Positions 8,945 to 18,049 of a stretch of 45,555 nucleotides of DNA are shown one piece after another. How positions within the stretch are numbered: position 1 is the stretch's first letter; every line of letters starts with the position of its first letter. The DNA comes from Oscillospiraceae bacterium (GTDB taxonomy: Bacteria > Bacillota > Clostridia > Oscillospirales > Oscillospiraceae). The stretch is from the NCBI GenBank assembly GCA_045544935.1, contig JAZPZZ010000209.1:1-45555 (forward strand), read 5' to 3'. The translations under genes and the position numbers were made by a program. The notes below the pieces were generated by a model. The model saw only the letters and a program-made list of their open reading frames with translations. It had not been told where the DNA came from and made no database searches.

Positions 8945-10045
8945 TCAGAAGCTCAGGTTCGGGGACCAGCCCTTGAAGATGCTGCGGATGATGCTCTGGA
9001 ACAGGTTGCGGATCCAGCTGAAATCAAAGATGTTCCAGCCGGTGCCGGGATTGTCGGGCTGATCGGGCTCGGTGGGAGCGCTCGGGTCGTTGAGCTCATA
9101 GCCCCACTTCTCGGCGGCGTATCTGAGGGCCGCGGGAACCTGAATCAGGCCGTTGCCGGCATAATCCTGTCCGGCAAGCTCACGGCTGGTGGCAATCAGA
9201 ATCTCCTTGAATTCCGCGAGGGTCATGTCGGGGTTCATCTGTTTGAGCAGCGCGGCGAGACCGGCCACATAGGGCGTGGAGAAGCTGGTGCCGTCCATCG
9301 TGGAGACGATGCCCGGCAGGAGGCTGAGGCTCGCGACCTTCTCGGCAGGCGCCACAACGAACACGCTGTCGTTCTTGTTGGAAAACACGCTGACGTTCAG
9401 ATTCTGATCCACGCCGCCGACGCCGATGACGGAGTCATAGGCAGCGGGATAGTTGTACTGGGCAGGCGTACTGCTGTCGCCCTCGTTGCCGACGGAAGCG
9501 ACCACGATCACACCGGCGGCGGCAGCGGCGTCGACGGCGGCCTTGAGATTCGCCTTCCGGTCGCTGGGCGTGCCCATGCTCATGTTGATGACCTGGCAGC
9601 CGGCCTCCACGCAGTCATAGACCGCCTGCGCCATGTCGCTGAGGGCCTTGACAATGTAGAAATCGCACTCGGGGGCAACGCCGGCGATGCCGACGCGGTT
9701 GTCCTTCGCCGCGCCGATGATGCCGGCGACGAAGGTGCCGTGACCTTCGATGTCAGTCGCAGAGTCGCCGATGGAGCCGGTGTAGTTGGGTCCGGCTTCC
9801 ACGCGGCTTCTGGCAATGTCGCCCGTGGCGGTGGAAAGACCGCTGTCGATGATGCCGACCTTCACGTCCTTGCCGGTGGGTCCCATGCCCCAGGCCTCGT
9901 TCATGCCGACAGCCTTCATGCCCCACTGCTTGGTGGAGCCGGGGTCGTTGGTCATTTTGTCCACTGCCAGCGCGGAGAGCCCGAACAGCGGAACGAGCAT
10001 GCACAGAGCCAGCAGCATGGCAAGCCATTTTCTTGTCTGTTTCAT
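8945..10045 (-). CDS. Secreted S8 serine peptidase, paralogue 3, with conserved C-terminal tail
   Basis: Start chosen at ATG 10045 (MKQTRKWLAMLLALCMLVPLFGLSALA) behind AGGAGGA. Triad motifs present. Tail WNIFDFSWIRNLFQSIIRSIFKGWSPNLSF. Confidence 0.85.
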   Translation of the reverse strand: MKQTRKWLAMLLALCMLVPLFGLSALAVDKMTNDPGSTKQWGMKAVGMNEAWGMGPTGKDVKVGIIDSGLSTATGDIARSRVEAGPNYTGSIGDSATDIEGHGTFVAGIIGAAKDNRVGIAGVAPECDFYIVKALSDMAQAVYDCVEAGCQVINMSMGTPSDRKANLKAAVDAAAAAGVIVVASVGNEGDSSTPAQYNYPAAYDSVIGVGGVDQNLNVSVFSNKNDSVFVVAPAEKVASLSLLPGIVSTMDGTSFSTPYVAGLAALLKQMNPDMTLAEFKEILIATSRELAGQDYAGNGLIQVPAALRYAAEKWGYELNDPSAPTEPDQPDNPGTGWNIFDFSWIRNLFQSIIRSIFKGWSPNLSF

Positions 10046-10179
10046 ATGCTTCCTCCTCTTTAAAATATAAAAGTCAGTCTTCTGTCTGCTTTGATGGACA
10101 TTATAGCATAAATCTGTCGATATGGAACATTCTGATTTGTAAAAATTTGCTGTTTGAATTTGTGGAAACAGCCGAACGG

Positions 10180-10872
10180 TCAGCGCTCTGTTCCGATGGT
10201 GTAGAGATTCAGAAAGGTCTGCGCGCACTCGGCGCGGCTGAGCGAGGCCTGCGGGCGGAAGGTGCCGGCGGAGTCGCCGTTCATGATGCCGGTGATCTTG
10301 CAGATCATCACATTGACAGCTGCCCAGGAGCTGATGGAGGACGCGTCCCGGAACTCATCCTTGAGCAGCATCGCGGCCGTTTTGGCGTCCAGCCGCTGGA
10401 TCATCTTCGCGGAGGCGTCGTCCAGCTTTGCCTGGCTCAGCAGGAAGCGAACAATCATGGTGGCCATCTGCTCGCGGGTAATGGCCTTGTTTGGGGAGAA
10501 GACGTTCGCGCTGCCGTCGCCGGTCGTCACGCCGTTCTTCACACCCCAGACCACCGCGTCGCGATACCAGCAGCCGGCGTCGTTCGGCACGTCGCTGAAG
10601 GGGTTGCTCTGACCCTTCACGCTTGGCTGATCTGCCAGGCGGTAGAGCACCGTGATGACCATGGCGCGCGTGACGGTGCCGTCGGGATCGAAGCGATTGT
10701 CGCCGACGCCGTTCATCAGTCCGCTGGCCTTGACAAAGTCCACTGCCTCGGCGTACCACGCGGAGCGGGAGACGTCCGAAAAGCCGCTTGCGGGGAAGCT
10801 CGCCGCGAAGGCGGATGCGCTGAGCGCAAAGACCAGGCACAGCGCCAGCAGCAGGGAAACCATCTTTTTCAT
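10180..10872 (-). CDS. SLH-domain-only surface protein (signal peptide + three S-layer homology repeats)
   Basis: FSDVSRSAWYAEAVDFV, FSDVPNDAGCWYRDAVVWGV and a third SLH-like repeat. RBS GGAGG upstream of ATG. Confidence 0.85.
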   Translation of the reverse strand: MKKMVSLLLALCLVFALSASAFAASFPASGFSDVSRSAWYAEAVDFVKASGLMNGVGDNRFDPDGTVTRAMVITVLYRLADQPSVKGQSNPFSDVPNDAGCWYRDAVVWGVKNGVTTGDGSANVFSPNKAITREQMATMIVRFLLSQAKLDDASAKMIQRLDAKTAAMLLKDEFRDASSISSWAAVNVMICKITGIMNGDSAGTFRPQASLSRAECAQTFLNLYTIGTER

Positions 10873-11030
10873 GTGAAAACCTCCAAACAGAATGCAGAAA
10901 TGCGCTTGTTGTTTTGACGATTTGATTATAACATAGTTCCCAGAATCTGCAAGTGCAAAGCCCTTCTGGATTGACGAAATCTGCCTATCTGCGGTATACT
11001 TGAAACAACAACCCGAAAGGAGTGATTGAC

Positions 11031-11939
11031 ATGAAAAGAATCCTGAGTCTGATGCTCGTGCTGGTCATGATCCTCACGCTGGGCGCCTGCGGAAAGAAAG
11101 CCGCGGAGCCTGCCGGGTCTGAGGCTGAAGATCTGGTCACGATCATGGTCAATATAAAGGGAGTGGAAGGCAATGTCGCGATTTCAGATGACGGCACAGA
11201 GCCGGTGCTCGATCCGGAGTTTCCCGCGCAGTCCGCTTATATGAATGTGGAAAAGGGCACGGTCGTCAAAATCCTCGCGGAGCCGGAGGAGGGATATCAC
11301 TTCTTCAAGTGGACCGTCGACGGGAAAGAGTATTCGACCGAGCCGCTGATCTCCGTCACGGCGGAGGAGGACACGGAGTTTATCGCGGAGTTTCTGCCCG
11401 AGGGCAAGGACGGAAAACCCGTGGATCTCGATGCGGTCAAGACCCTCGGCGATCTGCTTGGGCTGCCTGAGGTCGGAACCAGCCTGACCGGCACGACCTA
11501 CGTCTATGCGTTTGAGCAGGACGGCAGCACCTGGCGTGCCATCTGCGACGTCCCCGAGGAAACTGCGCAGGCCATCTTTGATCTGGACTTCGACGATCCC
11601 GATTATGACAAGAAGCTGAATGCGCTGATTGCGCCGCTCCCCGTCAAGGTCATTGAGAATCTCACCGAGAACATCCCCTCGCAGAAGGAGGCCGATCAGT
11701 ATCTCGGCAAAACCGGCCAGGAGCTGATCGACGACGGCTGGACGGTGCACTACTACAATCTGGATGAGCTGCAGTTCAAAATGACCCATGGCATCTATTC
11801 TTACGACATCACCTTTGAAGGAAAGATCAAGGATCCCGACAGCTTCAACGAGGACACGGATATGGGCGGTCTGACGGTAAAAGCCATCACCTGCAGCGGC
11901 GTCGGCGACGCCACCTATGTGGAGATGCCGGAGGAATAA
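11031..11939 (+). CDS. Lipoprotein, function unknown (contains an InlB-B-repeat-like EEGYHFFKWTVDG segment)
   Basis: ATG 11031 behind AAAGGAG. Lipobox LTLGAC. Coding-like codon bias. Confidence 0.7.
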   Translation: MKRILSLMLVLVMILTLGACGKKAAEPAGSEAEDLVTIMVNIKGVEGNVAISDDGTEPVLDPEFPAQSAYMNVEKGTVVKILAEPEEGYHFFKWTVDGKEYSTEPLISVTAEEDTEFIAEFLPEGKDGKPVDLDAVKTLGDLLGLPEVGTSLTGTTYVYAFEQDGSTWRAICDVPEETAQAIFDLDFDDPDYDKKLNALIAPLPVKVIENLTENIPSQKEADQYLGKTGQELIDDGWTVHYYNLDELQFKMTHGIYSYDITFEGKIKDPDSFNEDTDMGGLTVKAITCSGVGDATYVEMPEE

Positions 11940-11950
11940 GGCGCTCGGGC

Positions 11951-11979
11951 TTGACATACTATGGTATTGGGGTCATAAT
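11951..11979 (+). promoter_or_regulatory. Sigma-70-like promoter with no obvious gene directly behind it
   Basis: TTGACA (11951-11956), 17 nt spacer, CATAAT (11974-11979). Confidence 0.4.
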
Positions 11980-12055
11980 GTAATCAAGTCATTGATTTCG
12001 TCGTACATCATGTTTTTCTTTTTCTTTTTATCTTCTTTTCTGTTTCCTCAACAGG

Positions 12056-12093
12056 CCAGCCCCGCAGCGATCGCCGCGGGGCTGGTGCTTTTC
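12056..12093 (+). terminator. GC-rich hairpin + short U tract (terminator of the upstream lipoprotein gene or of a short transcript)
   Basis: ccagccccgc / gcggggctgg stem, 10-nt loop, then tgcTTTTc. Confidence 0.5.
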
Positions 12094-12127
12094 AATCCCA
12101 ACAGAAGCTGCAGGGCTGCTCGCCGGG

Positions 12128-12156
12128 TTGACTTTCTTCAGAACAATCATTATAAT
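12128..12156 (+). promoter_or_regulatory. Promoter of the 12203 lipoprotein gene
   Basis: TTGACT (12128-12133), 17 nt spacer, TATAAT (12151-12156). Confidence 0.5.
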
Positions 12157-12202
12157 TTGATCATCATCTCTTCGAGTGCGATCTAAGGAAGGATGAATCA
12201 GC

Positions 12203-12718
12203 ATGAAAAAATGGATTTCTTCCATTTTGGCAGTTCTGATGGCGCTGACCCTGACCGCCTGCGATGGCGGAAAGGCGCCTGTCGGCAGTGCCGAGCAGGA
12301 GAACAGCCCAAATCCCGCAATCAGCTCCGGTGAAGACGCAGGAGATGCGTCGGGCGCCGATTACAGCGGCGTCACCGCCATGCCTGCGGACGAGGTGGAG
12401 CAATTTGCCGCGCTTGTGAAGGACGCCTATCTGAACGAGGACTGGGATTGGATTGCAGAGCATGTGCGCTATCCCATCACCGTAGACGGCGAGGAGCTCG
12501 CCGATGCGCAGGCGCTGACCGCGTTCCTGAGCGAGCGGCACGTCCATCCGTCTGACCGGACGGCGATGGAAGAGGAGACCTGCAGCGGCCTCTTTGCCAA
12601 CGGACAGGGAATTTGTCTGGGCAGCGGTCAGATTTGGCTGCTGGATCCAGGCTATGCGTCGGATGCGGAGCCAAAGCTTGAAATCATTGCAATCAGCGGC
12701 GTGACAAAGGATTCTTAA
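12203..12718 (+). CDS. Lipoprotein, function unknown
   Basis: ATG behind AAGGAAGGA. Lipobox LTLTAC. 171 aa. Confidence 0.65.
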   Translation: MKKWISSILAVLMALTLTACDGGKAPVGSAEQENSPNPAISSGEDAGDASGADYSGVTAMPADEVEQFAALVKDAYLNEDWDWIAEHVRYPITVDGEELADAQALTAFLSERHVHPSDRTAMEEETCSGLFANGQGICLGSGQIWLLDPGYASDAEPKLEIIAISGVTKDS

Positions 12719-12762
12719 TTGAACACGGCAGCACGGAGCCCGATGATCCGGATGATCGGGAA

Positions 12763-14031
12763 GTGAGTACGGTCCTGATTGCCGACCGCGAGGAGACCTG
12801 GGTTTTTGAAATCGTATCGGGTCACCAGTATGTCGCCACAAGACTTTCCGACGATACGGTGTCGCTGCTGCCCAATGACATCATGACACAGCAGGTCAAT
12901 GTCAGAGACGAGAATGTGATTGCATCGCCCGGACTCATCTCCACCGCAAAAGACGGCGGGTTCTATGTGACGGATATCGAGGGAGGCGATGAGATTCATG
13001 TCGCGAAATCCTATTCACAGGGATACAGTCAGTATTCCAGCTACAGGCTTTATTACGGCGCATCGATTCTGAACCGTGAACTGGCAGATGGGATGGACGT
13101 TGTCCCGAAGCCCATTGCAGAAATATCGGACCAGTTTCCCAACGCGTCGGTGGAAGAAGCAGCGGCGGGCCCGTTCCGTCTGGAGTATGCACCTTCTGAT
13201 GCAGTCAGAGGCAGGATCTCTCTCATGACCTTGAAACAGGTCCTGGCGTCTCACGGTGAGGGAACCGCTTGTGAGACGACCTCAAAAAATGAGAATTCCG
13301 ATGGGGTACCCATGCGTTCGATCGGGACTTACCGTCAGAACGAGGAACATGTGTTTGAGATCCGAAGAGACCCTGCAATCCCGGCGTCTGTCAGCACGAT
13401 TGAGTGGCTTGCCATGGCCCCGTCGGAGTTTTCGGTCTATGTTCCCTTCTACGCCTCTGTGATGACCGAGACGCCGGATGGGTACACAAGCGAATCCACG
13501 CAGACATTTGATCCGGAGTCCATCTACTGGCTGTTCAATGAGCTCGGCAACGCAGGCAACGGCAGCTATTACAGAATGGATGACAGCGGTGCATACTACG
13601 ACAGGAACGGAGATGCAGTGGACGCCGAAACCGCGCAGGCTGTTCTTCAGTTCCTGTCGGAGAGCGATCTGATCCATGATCTGCATGATGATATGAACCG
13701 GGCGCAGGAAGCGCTGAATTCCAAAGCCGCCGCTGACGATGAGCGGATGGCCGCGCTGGCAAAATCGGCTTCTGATGAAGAAGTTGCGGCCATGGCGAAT
13801 CAGCTGGCAAATGAGAATGCTGAATATATCAAGCGCATCGCCAGTGAAAAGCTCGCGGAAATTGACAATGCGGTTTCCGCCTATATAAAGGAATCCGGTT
13901 TGGAACAAGCCGGTAATCATCATCCCGGCGCGGCAGCGCTTCCGATTGTTTTGCTCTGCGCGGTATTGGTCCTTGCTTTTTCGTTCTTAGGCTATCGCGT
14001 TGTGAAACGGAAAAAGGCGAAGCGGGTTTGA
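12763..14031 (+). pseudogene. C69-family dipeptidase lacking the N-terminal ~160 aa (catalytic Cys region), with C-terminal TM anchor
   Basis: ADREETWVFEIVSGHQYVATRLSDD resembles the mid-protein ...WYLETIGGHHWIARRIPDD block of C69 dipeptidases. ORF begins with GTG and no spaced RBS. Ends in LPIVLLCAVLVLAFSFLGY-RVVKRKKAKRV. Confidence 0.55.
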
Positions 14032-14077
14032 TGAAACAGAGGTGCTCCTCCGCTTATGCGGAGGTGATTCCGAAATG

Positions 14078-14123
14078 AAAAAAGATTGCTGAAAGGTCTG
14101 GCCTTTCAGCAATCTTTTCTTTT
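14078..14123. terminator. Bidirectional terminator between the C69 fragment and hsp20
   Basis: 14-bp perfect stem agattgctgaaagg / cctttcagcaatct, loop tctgg, A-run upstream and T-run downstream. Confidence 0.85.
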
Positions 14124-14154
14124 GTAAAGCGAATCGTTTTTTTATGTAATATTA

Positions 14155-14601
14155 TCAGCCTGTGATCTGTATCGTTTTCCGCTCCGGGAGCGCAATCGGC
14201 TTTTCCTTCGGGAATTCCAGCGTCAGCACGCCGTCCTCGAATCTGGCCTTGATCTCCTCCTCGGGAATGTTCTCGCCGATATAGAAGCTTCTGGCAAGAG
14301 AACCCTCATAGCGTTCCTGATGGACGATGGTACCCTTTTTGTCCTTGTCGTCTTCCTCAAGTCCCTTGGAAGCGCTGATCGTCAGATAGCCGTTTTGCAG
14401 CTGCAGATCGATCTGGTCTTTCTTGAAGCCCGGAAGATCCACCTTCAGCTCGTAGCCGTCATCGTGTTCCCTCAGATCCGTCTTCATCACGCGTGACGCG
14501 TGCTTGCCGTACAGCTTGCGATCCACATCGGACTCGAAGTCTCTGAACGGGAAGCCCATCCAGTCGTCAAACAAACTCTCTCCAAAAATACTCGGTAACA
14601 T
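14155..14601 (-). CDS. Small heat-shock protein, Hsp20/alpha-crystallin family
   Basis: 148 aa. MKTDLREHDDGYELKVDLPGFKKDQI ... GVLTLEFPK alpha-crystallin domain. RBS AGGAGG. Confidence 0.9.
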   Translation of the reverse strand: MLPSIFGESLFDDWMGFPFRDFESDVDRKLYGKHASRVMKTDLREHDDGYELKVDLPGFKKDQIDLQLQNGYLTISASKGLEEDDKDKKGTIVHQERYEGSLARSFYIGENIPEEEIKARFEDGVLTLEFPKEKPIALPERKTIQITG

Positions 14602-14699
14602 AAGTCATGCCTCCTTTGGTTTTGCAATCATATCTGTTTGTTACCTGAGCAAGGGGATGGAGGTCATCCATTCGATCTCTGTTCCTTTGTTCGCTTTTT

Positions 14700-14727
14700 A
14701 TTATAGCACCGAAATTAGCACTGTCAA
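14700..14727 (-). promoter_or_regulatory. hsp20 promoter
   Basis: Minus strand: TTGACA (14722-14727), 16 nt spacer, TGcTATAAT (-10 at 14700-14705). Confidence 0.6.
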
Positions 14728-14741
14728 GCCGAGAGTGCTAA
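14715..14741. promoter_or_regulatory. CIRCE element (HrcA operator)
   Basis: TTAGCACTG-N9-GAGTGCTAA versus consensus TTAGCACTC-N9-GAGTGCTAA. Overlaps the -35 of the hsp20 promoter. Confidence 0.85.
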
Positions 14742-14908
14742 AAGTATGTAAACAATCTTCGGATGATTTGTAAATACATTTATTTCCTGAGGGATTGATT
14801 TGTTTACTCCTATGAGGGAGAACGCGTGCACTTGAGTCGGTTCGGCCGTTGATTGCGATATTGATGTATGATAGAATGAAAAAAACTGTCCAGCTGAAAG
14901 GAGCCGCC

Positions 14909-15547
14909 ATGAGCGACGATGCACTTTATAAAGCGCTTGGAAGCCTGACAAAAGACAAAACGAAGTGGAAAGAAAACATTCCGTATGTTTCGTCCCTGCT
15001 CACCCACAAATCTGTCAGAATTCAGGCGAAGGCGCTCTGGCTGCTGGGAGAAATGGGGCTCGCCAATCCGCCGGAGGTTCGGGACGCGGTTCCTTCGATT
15101 GCGGCCTTCCTGAACAGTCCGACGCCGCTTCTGAGAGCGCGTGCAGTCAACGCCCTCGGCAGAATCGGACGCGGGAGCTACCCCGCGATGGAAGCGTATT
15201 GGCCGGATCTGTTCCGCTTTGCCTCCGATGAGGACGCAAGCGTCCGGCTGAGCTTTGTCTGGGCGTCAGAAAACATAGCGGTGAACACACCGGACATTTA
15301 TGCGGATTCTATGCCGGTCTTTGCGGCGCTTCTGCACGATGCGAATGACAAGGTGCGCATGGAAGCGCCGGAAATGTTCCGCGTCCTCGGCAAACGCAGG
15401 CCGGAGCTTGTCAGGCCGTATCTGGAGCGGCTGAAAAGTGTCTCGGAAACGGATCCGAACCGTGTTGTTCGGATCCACTGCCTCGGCGCGATCCGGGCGG
15501 CGGAAACGAAACGATCACCAAGTATGAACAGGAGGAATCAGACATGA
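14909..15547 (+). CDS. HEAT-repeat protein
   Basis: ATG 14909 behind GAAAGGAG. Repeated VR..A..ALG.IG-type HEAT units. Stop overlaps the next start (ATGA at 15544-15547). Confidence 0.7.
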   Translation: MSDDALYKALGSLTKDKTKWKENIPYVSSLLTHKSVRIQAKALWLLGEMGLANPPEVRDAVPSIAAFLNSPTPLLRARAVNALGRIGRGSYPAMEAYWPDLFRFASDEDASVRLSFVWASENIAVNTPDIYADSMPVFAALLHDANDKVRMEAPEMFRVLGKRRPELVRPYLERLKSVSETDPNRVVRIHCLGAIRAAETKRSPSMNRRNQT

Positions 15548-16311
15548 AGCAATCAAAAAGAAAAACATGGGTCTGGCTTTTGGCCGCGGCACTGCTGCTG
15601 CCCGCGCTCGGCCTCTTCGGCTGCAGCAGGCAGGAGCAGGCGGCAGATGCAGCAGCGCTTCTGACGCCGCGCGAGCGTCTTGAGATGGAGGCGGAGGCCT
15701 CTCCCGATTGGGTCACGGCGCTTCCGGAGGCACAGGACGCACAGCAGCTTTTTGTCATCGCCGCGCACGAAAAAACCACCGCGTGGGTCTCCTTGCACGA
15801 AAAGGATGAAAACGGCGAATGGCACATGATTATGTCCACGCCGGGATTCATCGGCAAAAACGGTCTGGGAAAAACGCAGGAGGGCGACGGCATGACGCCC
15901 GTGGGCACTTTCACGTTCAACCGTGCCTTCGGCATTGCGCCAGACCCCGGCTGCGCGATCCGCTATGTGCAGGCGGACGAGGACACCTACTGGTCCGGCG
16001 ACGTCAACGAGGGGATGCACTATAACGAGCTTGTGAGCCTGAAGGAGCTCCCGGAGCTCGATAAGGACAACAGCGAGCATATTCTCGATTACCCGTATGA
16101 ATACCAGTACTGTCTGAACATCAGCTACAACGCGGACGGCACGCCAAACGCCGGCTCGGCGATCTTTTTGCACTGCCTCGGCGACCGCAAGCCGCGCACC
16201 GGCGGATGCGTTGCGATCCCGATGGATCAGATGTATTTTGTCATGCAGCATGTGTCTCCCGACTGCGTGGTCGTCATCGACTCGATGGAGCATCTGGGAG
16301 CAGACTTCTGA
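15544..16311 (+). CDS. L,D-transpeptidase (YkuD-fold) lipoprotein
   Basis: Lipobox LGLFGC. Catalytic motif GSAIFLHCLGDRKPRTGGCVAIP. Confidence 0.8.
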   Translation: MKQSKRKTWVWLLAAALLLPALGLFGCSRQEQAADAAALLTPRERLEMEAEASPDWVTALPEAQDAQQLFVIAAHEKTTAWVSLHEKDENGEWHMIMSTPGFIGKNGLGKTQEGDGMTPVGTFTFNRAFGIAPDPGCAIRYVQADEDTYWSGDVNEGMHYNELVSLKELPELDKDNSEHILDYPYEYQYCLNISYNADGTPNAGSAIFLHCLGDRKPRTGGCVAIPMDQMYFVMQHVSPDCVVVIDSMEHLGADF

Positions 16312-16369
16312 CCCGGCAGGACGCCTCCAATCGTATGAAACATCAGAAACAGGAAGGCTTTTATTGGCT

Positions 16370-16657
16370 ATGACAAGGGCAATCAAAACATTGTTCGGCG
16401 CTATCCATCTGACCTGGCCGAGACTCATCGTCATCATCATGGCCGTCTCTATCCTGCTGACGGCCTGCGCGGATCATTCCGACAACCAAAATGTGGTTTT
16501 TGAGGATATGGAGGCTGCGTTTGAGCAGGCAGATTTGCTGTCGGCCAACATCGGGCTCTTTTCCAAAACCGTCAGCGGGGACGCCATATCCTACGGCGAA
16601 TGCGGCAGCGGCGCGAACACCAGGACGGGGCTCAAATCCATGGCGACCTTGGTATAG
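16370..16657 (+). CDS. Small putative lipoprotein (uncertain)
   Basis: ATG 16370, hydrophobic N-terminus with LLTAC lipobox. Its 3' end overlaps a competing minus-strand ORF, so coding status is unresolved. Confidence 0.35.
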   Translation: MTRAIKTLFGAIHLTWPRLIVIIMAVSILLTACADHSDNQNVVFEDMEAAFEQADLLSANIGLFSKTVSGDAISYGECGSGANTRTGLKSMATLV

Positions 16658-16770
16658 AGCATTCCGCCCTGTCCCATCCCGGCATTGAAGCAGGCGATGA
16701 TCACATAAGCGCCGGTGCAGGAGACGATGAAAAAGGTGAAGAGAAAACTTAAGGCCTGCAGGAGGGAGAA

Positions 16771-16811
16771 AGCCCGCCGTCTTCCCTGATGAAAGACGGC
16801 GGGCTTTTTTT
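16771..16811 (+). terminator. Rho-independent terminator
   Basis: gcccgccgtctt / aagacggcgggc 12-bp stem followed by T7. Confidence 0.75.
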
Positions 16812-16885
16812 GATTTCTGTGCTCGATAACTGGTATTTCACAATGAGTCGGTTTTTTAATTCTCTGCCGAAGCACACAGACAGCC

Positions 16886-17830
16886 TTAAAGGACCGCAAA
16901 GGTGTGCATCATACTGCGGAAGCGCGCTCCATAGCCCTCGGCGCTTTCCTGTGTGTAATGCCCCCAGGCGACGAAGCAGCCGTCGTCAGCAGGGATAATA
17001 TAAACCATCTGAAGCTCCCATATGGACATCTGCCCCTCTTTATCCACCTCGCCCCTGAGATCGATGCAGTCGCCTGCGCGGTCCAGCGTGTATTCCCAGC
17101 GAGAGACATTATATTGCGCGGAAAGCGTCTGAGTGATGGAAGCGGCCGTCGTTTCGGCATCATCCGAGCTGTGCGTGATCTCAAGATAAATATCGGGATC
17201 GTCGGGGTTATCCGAGACCGAGATGAACCGTTCACAGTCCGCTTCACTGTGTCGTACGAAATTCTCGTAGTCATAGCCCATCTCAAAGCCAAGCGTGTCG
17301 TTCCGGATCGCCTCATAATGAACGGTCTGTTCCGTTCCTTCGAGTGTGACGGTTCCCTCAAAGTGTTCTCCGGGCCGCAGAGCCAAATCGGAACCCGCCG
17401 CTGCGGCAGCCGTTCCATCCGCTGTCTCAGTGCAGATTCGTGCCGTTCCGGTAATAGTGCTCTGCGCGATCACTTCGACCGTATATTCGCCGGGTGCAGC
17501 GGTAAAGGCTGCGCTGTCCCCACCGCTGACAGACGTTTCATAGTCCGGTTCTTCGGGGAAATCGTCTGAGCCGAGTACGCCCGCCGTGAAGCGAAGGGAG
17601 AGCTTCCCATCTTTATCGATACCAGTCGCATCCACAACAACCTGCTCGTTTTCGCCAACAGAAAGATAACCAAGACCGGTGCTGTTTTTGGGGCCATGGT
17701 CCGCGGTGATGCTGATGCTGTTATCTCCGTTTGTGCTCACACCGAATACGGGCTTTTGTTCGCAGGCAGAAAGCAGGAGAACCATGGCAAGAAGCAACAG
17801 AGGCAGGCTTTCCTTCATTCTTTTCATCAT
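16886..17830 (-). CDS. Lipoprotein, function unknown
   Basis: ATG 17830 eight nt behind GGAGGA (maximal ORF from TTG 17833). Lipobox LLLSAC. Confidence 0.65.
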   Translation of the reverse strand: MMKRMKESLPLLLLAMVLLLSACEQKPVFGVSTNGDNSISITADHGPKNSTGLGYLSVGENEQVVVDATGIDKDGKLSLRFTAGVLGSDDFPEEPDYETSVSGGDSAAFTAAPGEYTVEVIAQSTITGTARICTETADGTAAAAAGSDLALRPGEHFEGTVTLEGTEQTVHYEAIRNDTLGFEMGYDYENFVRHSEADCERFISVSDNPDDPDIYLEITHSSDDAETTAASITQTLSAQYNVSRWEYTLDRAGDCIDLRGEVDKEGQMSIWELQMVYIIPADDGCFVAWGHYTQESAEGYGARFRSMMHTFAVL

Positions 17831-18049
17831 CAAATCATTCCTCCAAAATGAGAAAACTTCCTATATTGCAGTGCAAAAAACATGGCAATGTTATATGCTG
17901 GTTTCTATACATCCCGCGTTCATCCCCTGTGTCATTGGGTGAATCTATATCGTCCGCACATTCGGCTCACCGCCATTCTAAGGTCGTTTTCAATACTTCC
18001 TTATAAGAGCGCGGCAAAAGGGAGGCGCTTTTTTGTTTTGGGATTGTGC

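Noticed and set aside
16591-16899. Minus-strand 102-aa ORF with a membrane-protein-like segment (LLQALSFLFTFFIVSCTGAYVIIACFNAGMGQGG...).
   Set aside because: A strong plus-strand terminator hairpin (16771-16811) lies inside it. There is no start codon downstream of that hairpin except a late ATG, and it overlaps the 16370-16657 ORF. It is possibly a gene remnant but cannot be supported as a CDS.
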